Part shown: one piece after another, positions 20,701-32,700 of the stretch
How positions within the stretch are numbered: the stretch's first letter is position 1
Layout: every line of letters begins with the position of its first letter
Assembly (NCBI GenBank): GCA_027622665.1
Contig: JAQBYT010000039.1
Span: 1 to 34,976, forward strand
DNA: 34,976 bases
Origin: Verrucomicrobiota bacterium
GTDB lineage: Bacteria > Verrucomicrobiota > Verrucomicrobiia > Opitutales > Seribacteraceae
Direction: 5' to 3'
Translations under genes and position numbers: made by a program
The notes under the pieces: model-generated
The model's database searches: none
Told to the model about the DNA's origin: nothing
The model's input: only the letters and a program-made list of their open reading frames with translations

Positions 20701-23700
20701 GCAAGGCCCCGGCAAAGGTAAGGACAGGACCCAAAGCAATATCGGTGGCGGTGGTGGTTACGGTGGTCCGGGTTGGACAAACCAGAACCAGTTGCTCACT
20801 CATGGGCTCTCCTACGGCGATTCCAAGGTGACCCATCTGATAGGTGGATCCGGAGGCGGTGGCGGTGGCAACAAAGGAGGTGGTGCCGGCGGAGGAGCCA
20901 TCGAGCTGATGGCCGATGGTGTGGGAACGATCACGATTGGAGCGACGGCCAAGATCTCCGTAAACGGTGGGGACACCACAGACAAAATCGGAGGTGGTGG
21001 CGCGGGGGCAGGAGGATCCATTCGTCTAATCGGCGCATCTATCGTCAACAACGGCACGCTAGAGGCCACTGGGATGGCAATCACGTCGGACATGAATGGC
21101 GGTGGCGGGCGCATTGCCTTTGTGAGTGATGGAAAGTTGATAGTGGGGACCACAAACGTGACCGGTTTTCAACCCGGCACCGTATCGGTCTTGGGCAACA
21201 ACGACGTAACCGACTTGGCCTTTTCGACCGGCACCCTCTTCATTAATACTACGAACGGCACTTGGCATCATAGCGACGGCAAGCACGGGACGGGCGTAAT
21301 CTCTATGGGAGACGACTCCGGAATTCCATACGGCATATGCGCCTACACCTTCGACTCCATCAATTTGCCGGCCGGACTCACCGTGGTACTGGAAGGCCAT
21401 AACGCCCTCATTCTAAAGACGCGTAACCACGGGAACATAGTCGTTGAAACCGACCTCAAGGCCGACGGCGGCAATTCCGTCGACGCCGACGACCCTTGGG
21501 GAAACAACTTGTACACCTACACCGGCGGGAAAGGGAAACTTGGCGGGCATGACGGCGGTCCGAGCAACGCCAACGGAACCGGCCCCGGCAAGGGCAAGGC
21601 CAGTGTCGGCAACGGCGAAGGCGGGGGCGGAGGCTACGGCTCGGCAGGAGCCGGCAGCGATGAAGCCACATACGGAATGACCTACGGAGGCGAGGCCCTG
21701 AGCCACCTCCACGGCGGTTCAGGCGGCGGCGGAGGCGGCAATCGCGGCGGAGGGGCCGGAGGAGGAGCCATCTCTCTCGAGGCCGACGGCAACGGGACCC
21801 TCACCATTGGCGCGGGAGCGACTATTTCGGCAAATGGCGGCATAAGCACCAGGGGCGACAACGAAGGCGGCGGCGGCTCTGGCGGCTCTCTTCGTTTTGC
21901 AGGCAAGTCCATAACCAACAACGCCACGATCGAGGCCAAGGGCGGCGACGTAGTAGGGAACGGGAACCAGAGCTACGATGGCGGCGGCGGCCGGGTTGCC
22001 TTCAACTACAGTTACAACCTCAACCAAGGCACTGTAGACATAGGGACCGGAAGTTATGCAGGCACCATAGCGGAGAACACACCTCCCATAATCGTGGGCG
22101 ATCTCAATGCCACAGCGACCTACTCGAATGAAAACTATCCGCCTCCCGTAACCCAGCAGGAGCATTTGACGGGTTGGTGGGAATTCGACAATCCGACAAA
22201 CCTCGGTGAGGATTCGAGCGAAAACCTCAGTCATCTTAACGACAACGGAAACCCGACGTTTCATGCAACAGGTAAATGGGATGGTGCCATTTATCTAGAC
22301 GGGAACGATATGCTCGAGCAAGGAGCAGTCTTTCCATCGAACGTCCCAACAGGCGGAACAGCCTACTCTATCTCCTGCTGGATCAATCCTGACCAAGGTG
22401 GTAATCGCGGCATTGTCGGCTGGGGAACTTACGGCTCAGCAAGCAGAGTGAACGCCCTACGAATGAACGGAAACAACGATATTTACAATTACTGGTGGGG
22501 TAACGATCTGAACGCCGGGTCCGGTGGAGACTTACGAACAGGCACGTCTCCAGACGGCTGGCATTATATATTGGCCACATACGATCCGGCGCTAGGGTCG
22601 AACCGGCAGAAAATCTATATCGATGGCTTGATCAAAGCCCAAAGAAACGCAAGCGGCCTAAATGCCGGGGCGGGAAGCTTCACAATTGGAAGAACCGGTA
22701 CGAACGAATATTTCCAAGGCCTACTTGATGATCTTCGCATATACGCAACCGCTCTCACCACTAGCGACCTTGCGCAAATATACGCCGGCGACATAGTCAA
22801 AGCAATTCCTTCCATCAACTTCGCCGTCACGGCCCTGAAGGGCCCGCAAAGCTATTCTGCCATCGATCTGCCGGATGCGCTTACCATAAATCCGACAAGC
22901 GGCCTAATATCGGGAACCACGATGGCGATCGGCGAACACAACGTCACCATTCAAGCATCCAATCTTTCGGGAGCAAGCGCTCCTCAGACACTCGTCCTGA
23001 CTGTTCGCCCGAACATCCCGATATTGCTCGACCTCAACGCCAGTACGGTGGGAGCCACCTACGCCATGGTCGACTTCTCTATATTGGACACCGGTGGCGA
23101 GAATCCTGCGTTGACTCTTTTCCACGGCACGACGGACGGCAACCAAACATCCGGCGACTGGACAGCCAACGTCCCCTTGGGAACTCTTGGGTCGGGAATT
23201 CATTCGGCCTCACTGACCGGACTCACGAACAATACTCAATACTTCCTCCGCGCTAGAGCCGTCAATTCAGCGGGAACGGTTTGGACTGTGGACCACAACT
23301 TCACCACAAGCGCGTTGGTGGGACCACCGATCATTGCGACACTCCCGTCAACCTCCGTCACCACCACGAGCTCCACGATCAGCGGCAACCTGTTCTCCTA
23401 TGACGGCGGTGATCAGCCGAACGTCACCTTATATTACGGGGACGAGGACAACGGAACCAATGACTCGGCATGGGACAATTCGGTAGTCATTGGATCCAAG
23501 GGCATCGGCACCTTCACTCACAACCTGACCGGCTTCACCCCCGGCACTCGCTATTTCTACCGGTTCAAAGCCGTCAACAGCGGGGGGACCGCCCACTCTG
23601 CCGGTGCGGGGGCATTCGTAACCATCGGCACGCCGGCGATCGAGGACAAGCCCGCCACCAACCTAACCGAGACCAGTGGCACCCTTAATGCCCGGATCAC

Positions 23701-26700
23701 TGCTCTTGGCGGCGTAACCTACTTTATCGGCGCCCCGTTCAACAACGCTTCTCTTCCCGGATTGATCATGTGGATGGACGGCAACGACCCCAACGGCGAC
23801 GGCACGTCCGACACAAACACTTCCAATATCACCGTCTGGAACGACAAGTCCGCAGACGCACGTCACCTTGCTTGGACGCGGGGCGATCCGCAATTCGAGG
23901 CCAACGTGCTCAACGGCATGGGCGTGGTCGACTTCGACGGCAACGACGGCATCGGGCAGAACGACAAGACCATGTACAACGACACCGCCAACGGCTTCTC
24001 CATGTTTGCGGTATCCCGTTACGATGGCACCGACAGCGAGCGCGTCATCTCTTCGATCGAGAACTGGAACTGGCATTTCGCCGGGCATGGGCAGTACCAC
24101 ACACGCATAGCAAATTTCAATGGTTGGGGTTACCTAGGGACGGACACCGAGCAGGATAATAACGACTGGCACATCTACGAGGTCACCCACACCAACACAG
24201 ACAGGGGCAACTACTGGCTTGATGCCGTGAAAGTCGGCACCGACACAACTGGTTCCGGTGACGGAGACAATTGGCGCCCCAAAAGGATTCGTTTCAGCGG
24301 CTGGCAAGAGGGTAATTTAGAGGAGTCCCAGTGCCAGATCGCCGAGTTTCTCACTTTCAATCGTGTTCTTAGCGAGGAGGAGCGCCTGAAGGTGGAAGGC
24401 TATCTCGGACAAAAGTGGGGACTCCACGCCACAATGTTCGCCAACAACCATCCGTACGTCTCAGTAGACCCCTTTCATCCGCTCATCACGCAAGGAGGAG
24501 AACAGGCTAGCGTCACCTTCTACTGGGGCGACGACAACGGAAGCGCCAACGGCAACGTCTGGGACAACAACCATGGAGTCGCCGGCACCCACGACCTCGG
24601 TCTGATCAAGCACGATCTGACCGGACTAACCAAGGGAGCCACCTATTACTATTCCGCAAAGGTATCCAACTCCGGAGGCGACGCCTGGGCACAGACGAGA
24701 ACCTTTGCTCCTGCCAATCGCCTTTTGGGCAAAGACACGATATCCGGGCTCGTGCTATGGCTAGACGCATCAGACATGGATGGCGACAACAGCATCGACG
24801 ACTTGGCCAACGGTTCCGCCATCGCATCATGGACTGACAAATCGAATCAAGCCAACCAAGCCCTTCAAACAATAGCAGCCAATAGGCCGACCTATAAGAA
24901 ATCGGTATTCGGCGAGAAGCCGGGAATTAATTTTGATGGAACTGGAGATTTCCTCTATCTTGTCGATAGCCTCAGATTAACCGCAGGCCCAATCAGCGCC
25001 TACGTGATGTCCAAGCGGGACGTTCAAGGAGGGGATTCGGCAGCCTATCTTTTAGGCGAGAACATTTGGAACCTTACGGCAGGTCCGGGCAACTCTCCCT
25101 ACTCCCCCGAAATAAAGAAGTTTTCGGCTTCTTCGGGCAAAACCATCACGAACCTAAAAATCGGCAAGGACGGAACGAGTTCCAGTTTCGACTTCGCCGG
25201 TGACATCGCCGAAGTACTGATTTTCGACAGGGAACTCACTTCCGAAGAAACAGATCAAGTCGAGGGTTACCTAGCCCATCGTTGGGGAGCCAGTGCTTCC
25301 CTCTTCTCAAACCATTCCTATCGCGAATCCCCCCCCAGTTTCGACAATTCCCCGAAAATCACGATGAAGCCCTACGTCTCCCCAGTGGGAGTAGTGCCGA
25401 TTCCCCTTAGCCCGGCTATTATTTCGTCCATGAACGTATGGTTCGACGCGAACGACAGCTCGACCACCAATACAAACTGGAGCGACAAATCCGGAAACGG
25501 GCATACAGCCACGCGCACCGCTGGCACCTTGACACTCGTCGACAACGCGCTCAACGGCATGCCGGTGGTTAATTTCGCCGACAACACCTATGCCAACGTC
25601 ACGGGCAACATGTATTCCAAGCAACAGTACATAGTCTTCAACCTGCCGAACGTCGGGGACTGGGGCAGTGTTCTGGGTAGCCAGCAGCGCAGTGGATATA
25701 CGTTCAATAGAAGCGGCTACATGTGGAATACTAATTACCCTGCAGCCGTCAGGCAGAACGGTGGCCCCGAGTTAAGCGGCAACTTCCAGTTGAGCAACAT
25801 AGGCAACTACATGGTCGTTAGGATCACAGGAAACAATAACAACACGAGCGTCAGGTCAGGCTGGGCTCTCGGTCGCCAAGAAGGATGGGGCAGGCTTCCC
25901 ATGAACTTGGCCGAGGTTGTCTCATTCGACACCACCTTGTCGACGATTGAAGAGGACGAGTTGACAGGCTACCTCGCTCACAAATGGGGATTGGTCGGAG
26001 ATCTTCCGGCATCACATCCATACAAATACCTTCGCTTCAAAAGCTCAAAGCGTTACGTATTGCACGTGGGAACCCCTATGAATCTCCAAGTGGAAACCAC
26101 CAAGGGACCGGAATCCTATTCGGCCGGTTCCACTCTCGGCCAATATGGCCTCAGCATCAACTCGAACACAGGCTTGATCTCAGGTACTCCCGACAAACTG
26201 GGCGACTTCAACTGCACTATCTCGGTTCTAAACTCAAGCGGCTCAGACACAAAGTCGTTCTTTTTCCGCGCACTCAAGGGAACAAAAAGCATAAACTGGG
26301 ACCAAAGCTTGGTGGGGCTTACCTACGGTGACGCCCCCGTCGAACTAAACGCCTCCGCAACGCTTGGTGGCGTAAGTTATTCCTCTTCCGACGAGACCAT
26401 CGTTGCCTTTGGCGGCCAAGAAGTGCGAAACCCGATACTGGAGAATGGGCTGGTTCGGTATTGGGCATTCGACGAAGCAAACGGAAGTACCACCGCCTCC
26501 GACGTCCGGGGTTCATTCGATGGCGCATTAGCTGGCGGCGCTGCGTTTGTAGCAGGAAAGTTCGGTAACGCCGTAGAGTTCGACGGAAGCACTGCGGAAG
26601 TTGACTTCGGCTTGGGCGCTGGTGATCTAGGAGACAAGTTCACGATTTCGGTTTGGGTAAAATGGACCGGCGCCGATTCGCCCGCCAACGCAATGCGAAT

Positions 26701-29700
26701 TCTGGAAAATAAAAATGATTCTAATTCAACCGATGGCTGGGCCATTTTCACTGAAAGCAACAACGACACCAATGTCCTTGTTCGCGGTTCTTCCAACGCC
26801 GCCATTTCTCCGAACGTAACCTCTTCCTGGAAAGCGAACAATTGGCATCACGTAGTCGCGGCTTTCAACTTCGCAAACGTCGAGGTCTTTGCTGACGGAA
26901 TATCCCGGTCTTCGGGGGGCGTCGACCCCGTGAAACCCGGTGGTAAATCTCTTAAAATGGGCAAATGGCATAACGGCAACGGCAACACCTTTGAGGGGCT
27001 CATGGATGATCTGCGACTTTACGACAAGGTCTTGACGGCCAATGAGGTGGTCGCACTATTCGGAGGTGGTTCGGGCGACTTCGCGCGTTCGTCGACCGGC
27101 ACTGCCGCAACGATTAAGAATAGCGGCACAGTCACTCTTACAGCTCACGCTTCCGGAACCAAGTCCATGTACTCCGCGAACACTGTGAGCAAAACGGTGA
27201 CCATCGGAAAAGCTCCCTTGACGCTTACTGCCGACGACAAGACACGGAACGTCGGGGTAGCCAACCCGCCTTTGACCCATTTCGTAAGCGGTTTCGTAAA
27301 CGACGACAACGAAACCACAGGTCTCACATCGACCATTTCGCTTAGCACTGAAGCCAATGCTTCCAGCCCGGAGGGCACCTATGCAATCGTTCCAAACGCA
27401 ACTGCAGACAAATATTTCATCACCTACCTGAACGGATCCTTAATAGTTAGCAACAAGACCTCACAGTCGATCTCCTGGACCCAAGACTTCTCTAATATCG
27501 CCTTAAACCAGTTCGTGGACCTCAACGCGAGTTCTACTTCCGGATTGCCGGTGCTCTATGCCATTGCGAATCCGGACATCGCCGAACTCGCCGTATCACT
27601 CCAAGGAAACTTGGATGCATGGTGGAAGATGGACTCTCCTTACGGTTCCACCATATTCGACTCCTCGGGCCAGGGCGGAACCGTTCGCAACGGCATCCTC
27701 CAAGGAACCGATGGTTCATCCTCCAGAACCGTAGGCAAATTCGGAAACGCACTGATCCTAGATGGTACGGATGATCATGTGCTGATACCCGGATATGCAG
27801 GAATAACCGGAAAAAGTCTCCGGACCATTGCGCTCTGGTTCAAAACCACAGTGGACAATCGCCCGCTGCTCTCCTATGGAGGACCGGGCAACGGCGCATT
27901 GTTCGCAATCTCTCTAAACTCGGGCAAGGTGTCTCTCGACTTGGGAGGAACCACGCTGGAGGGCGGGACCAGCCTCGCGGACGGCGCATGGCACCACTTA
28001 GCCGCAGTCGCTCCAATGGATGCGGATGCCTCGGAAGTAAAGCTCTACGTAGACGGAGCGCAAGTGGCTTCGGGAAGCGGAACAACCTCCATAAACACCG
28101 CTGCATCTAGCTTTGTTAAACTCGGAACGGACGGAGTAAACTACTTCAACGGCCAACTGGACGACGTTCGCTTCTACGCCGCCGACCTGAACGCCAACGT
28201 AATAGCCAAAGTGTACGGAGCAGGCATTGGTGACTTCAACCGCATTCGCATGAAGGGTGCGGGAACCACCTTCATAACCGCTAGCCAACCGGGAGACGCA
28301 ACCTTCTCATCAAGCACCAACGAGAGCACTCAGATTACGGTTGGCAAACTCGATCAGACCATCGCCTTCGCTCCCCTGCCAAACAAATCCATTGGCGACT
28401 TCGACTTCGATCCGGAAGCAGAAGCCAGTTCCGGTTTATTCGTCACATACCAAAGCTCAAACCCGCTGGTCGCCTCTGTCGAAGGAATTACCCCGGGGAG
28501 TCAGACCATCAAGATCCGCACTGCCGGCACCACGACGATAACCGCCACTCAACCCGGCGACTCATCCCACAACCCCGCAACAGCAGCCAGCCAAGTTCTA
28601 TCTATTGGTTACTACAAGCTTTTCAAGGAATCGATTTCCGGCATGGAACTGTGGCTCGATGGAAACAACGTGAACGCAGATGCGCTCTCCGATTCCATAA
28701 CAAGCGGTTCTCCCCTTTACATTTGGAACGACTCATCCGGGAACAACCGCAATGCCATACAGGCAACACCTGCCAATGCGCCAATATATAAAAAGAACGC
28801 CTCCGAGCTCACGGGAAAAGGCTTTGTCGTTTTTTCTTCCGTTACCAAAATTCTCGAACTGCCTGCAGTCAACGGTCCCAAGACCATCTTTGCGATATTC
28901 AGGCAAACGGGACTTGCCGCTAAAACCAAGTTACTCGGCGGCGATCTCGTCTCCACCTCGACGAGCGGAAACGTAGCCCTACAAAGGGAAGGTGGAAATC
29001 CCTTGATCGACTCATCAACTTCAGCGGCATCCTTTCACATAGTAACTTGGCAAGGTGACGCCGGAGCCTATGCCTTACACGTGGATGGCGCGGCAAAGGG
29101 CTCGGGAACGGATGCGCAGTCATTGGCGTCACTCACCAAAGTCGGCAACGGCTTGATCGGTCAGGTGACCGAAATCGTCGTCTACAACCGTGTGCTCCCC
29201 TCACCCACCCAGCGAAAGATCGAAGGTTATCTGGCTCACAAATGGGGACTCCCAAGCCAACTGCCAAGCGTACACCCCTACAAGAATCTACTGCCAACCT
29301 TTGGCGGAGAACAACAGCTCTATTTTCAGCCGATATCCGACAAACCGGTTGGAAACAATTTCCCGTTAACCGTCACCTCGGACTCTGGTCTCACTGAGTT
29401 CACCTACGACAGCAACGACTCAAGTATCGCCTCGATCACAGGAAACATCGTGTCCACCCATAAGGAAGGAAAAGTAACGATCACCGCCATCCAACAAGGC
29501 GACTACAACTGGTTTCTTGCCTCTGCCACTAGAGTACTCACAGTAACCTCCACACCTAGAAACGAACAAACCATAACCTTTGGGCCGCTGCCGGACAATA
29601 CTGCTCTCGACGCTCCGTATGATCTCAATGCCACCGCGTCGTCCGGCTTGCCCGTAAGCTACCAGAGCTCGAATCCGGCCGTCGCTACGATCACAGGATC

Positions 29701-32700
29701 GAATGTAAGTATCGTATCTCAAGGCATCACCACCATACGAGTCTCACAAGACGGTAATGGAAACTTTAACGCGGCTCCCTTCGTCGAACAGCAACTAACC
29801 GTAACAAAAGTCCCCCAAACCATCAATTTCGCACCTCCTCCCGCTCAGCCTCTCAGCACCGGAGCATTCATACTCGAAGCCAACGCCAGTTCGGGACTCG
29901 GCATCACCTTCGTCAGCGACACCCCATCAGTCGTCTCTATCGCAGGAAACATGGTCTCTCTCTTAGCAGGCGGCACAACGAGAATCACGGCTATACAACA
30001 AGGCAACGCAACCTACGAAACCGCTCTGGACGTTACCCGGACCCTTACCGTTGTAGATGTCTTCGCAAACATGCCCCCAACAGTCGCCAACACCCTTCCG
30101 GACCTGAACGCCATCGAGGATGACGCCAACGTATTCGTCAACCTAGCCAACGTATTCGACGATGAAGACGACAACAACAGTATCATCACCAAAACGGCAG
30201 TCTCCGGAAACGCGATCCTTCTAGCCGTAACGGTCACCGGCAACACACTCGAGCTAGACTTCCAACCCGACATGTTCGGCTCCACCATCGTCACCGTAAC
30301 GGGAACGTCAAATGGCATGCCGGTAAACGACTCGTTCCTCGTCAACGTCGCCCCGGCAGACGACTCGCCGGTAACGGCAAACGAAATCACCGATGTAAAC
30401 GTGACTGAAGACGCCTCCGACACTTTGATTAACCTCTCCAACGTATTCAACGATGTTGACGATGACAATACAACCATCGCCAAGACGGTGGTTTCCACCG
30501 ATCCATCTCTGGTAACGGCTACGGTAAACGGAAACATCCTAACGCTCGAATATCAGGCGGAACAAAACGGTACGGCAACGATCACGGTGACGGGAACATC
30601 GAACGGACAAACTGCCGTCGACACCTTCACTGTTACGGTCATGAGCGTGGACGACCCACCGATTGCAGTAATTGCGATTGCCGACGTCACCGTGAATGAG
30701 GATGCGGCCAACACGGTGATCAACTTATCGAACATGTTCAATGATCCTGACAACGACAACACATTGATCACCAATACCGTAGTCTCAAGCGTTCCCACTT
30801 TAGTGATAGTCTCGGCAAGCGGCAACACAGTAACTCTCGACTATCAACCTAATCAGTTCGGCTCCGCGACGATCACAGTAACGGCGACCTCGAACGGATT
30901 GACGGTCGATAACAACTTCACGGCGACCGTCACTTCAGTCGATAATCCTCCGATAGTGGTAAACCAGATTGCCGATGTGAACGTAACCGAGGACGCATCT
31001 GATTCGGCTATAAACCTCTCAAACTTATTCAACGATCCGGACGACAACAATACTTCGATCACGAAGGCGGCGGTTTCGAGCACCCCGTCCCTGGTAACGG
31101 TTTCCGTAAGCGGCAACACCTTGACGCTCGACTATCAGGCGGAGCAAAACGGCACCGCAACGATCACGGTGACGGGAACATCGAACGGACAAACTGTCGA
31201 CGACATGTTCACTGTTTCGGTAACGAGCGTGGACGATCCGCCGGTGGTGGCAAACGCGATCACAGACGTAAACGTACTCGAAGACGCTGCCGACACCACG
31301 ATCGATCTCTCTAACATGTTCAACGACATCGACGACAACAACGCATCGATCACAAAGACGACAGTTTCAAGCGACCCATCTCTGATCACGGCTACGGTCA
31401 ACGGAAACATCCTGACGCTGGACTATCAACCTGATCAAAACGGCACAGCTACCGTAACGGTGACGGGAACCTCAAATGGACAAACGATTGACGACACTTT
31501 CACTGTTGCGATAACCAGTGTGAACGATCCTCCGGTGGTGGCCAACGCGATCACCGACGTAAACGTACTCGAAGACGCTGTCGACAGCACGATTGATCTG
31601 TCTAACTTGTTCAACGACGTGGACGACGACAACATGTCGATCACAAAGACGGTGGTGTCAAGCGACCCATCTCTGGTAACGGCTACGGCAAACGGAAACA
31701 TCCTGACGCTGAACTATCAACCCGAGCAAAACGGCACCGCTACGGTAACGGTGACGGGAACCTCGAATGGACAAACTATCGACGACACTTTCACTGTTGC
31801 GATAACGAATGTGAACGATCCGCCGGTGGTGACAAACGCGATCGAAGACGTAAACGTGATCGAAGACGCCGCCGACACCACGGTCGATCTGTCCAATTTG
31901 TTCAACGACGTGGACGACGACAACGTATCGATCACAAAGACGGCGGTTTCAAGCGACCCATCTCTGGTAACGGTCTCAGTAAGCGGCGACACCCTGACGC
32001 TGGACTATCAACCTGATCAAAACGGCACCGCTACGGTAACGGTGACGGGGAACTCAAATGGACAAACTGCCGACGACACTTTCACTGTTGTGATCACGAA
32101 TGTGAATGATCCACCCGTGGTGGCAAACCCGATCAGTAACATCAATGTAAACGAAGACGCTGCCGACAAGACTATCGATCTCTCGAATATATTCAACGAC
32201 GTGGACGACGACAACGCATCAATCACTAAATCAGCGGTTTCAAGCGATGCGTCCCTAGTGGCGGCATCGGTAACCGGCAACACACTCACTCTTAGTTTCC
32301 AACCCAATCAATTCGGCACCGCTACGATTACGCTAACGGGAACCTCAAACGGTCATACCGTTGACCAAGCATTCACGGTGACTGTGACGATCGCCAACGA
32401 CCCGCCGGTGGTGGCAAACCTGATCACCGACGTAAACGTACTCGAAGACGCTGCCGACACCACGATCGATCTCTCCGACGTATTCAACGACGTGGACGAC
32501 GACAACGCATCGATCACGAAGACGGTGGTTTCAAGTGCCCCTTCTCTGGTAACGGTTTCCGTAAGCGGCGACACCCTGACGCTCGACTATCAGCCTGAGC
32601 AAAACGGCACCGCGACGATCACGGTGACGGGAACATCGAACGGACAGACAGTGGACGACATCTTCACTGTTACGGTGACTAGCGTGGACGATCCGCCGGT

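Noticed and set aside
19290..22080. RTX (GGxGxD) or PE-PGRS assignment for the Gly-rich region
   Set aside because: No GGxGxDxUx nonapeptides or continuous GGAGGX runs; the Gly tracts are interleaved with hydrophobic strands.
10798..26026. Diversity-generating retroelement TR/VR pair for the duplicated LamG
   Set aside because: Differences are not confined to adenines, both copies are in-frame coding, and there is no reverse transcriptase in the window.
14990..28235. Inteins as the explanation for the nested insertions
   Set aside because: The inserts lack C/S starts with HN-C/S/T ends and Hint or endonuclease motifs; they are recognisable lectin-type folds.
8983..29722. Dozens of 60-180 aa ORFs on both strands
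   Set aside because: All overlap the giant + ORF, whose frame gives coherent domains; they have no recognisable protein features.
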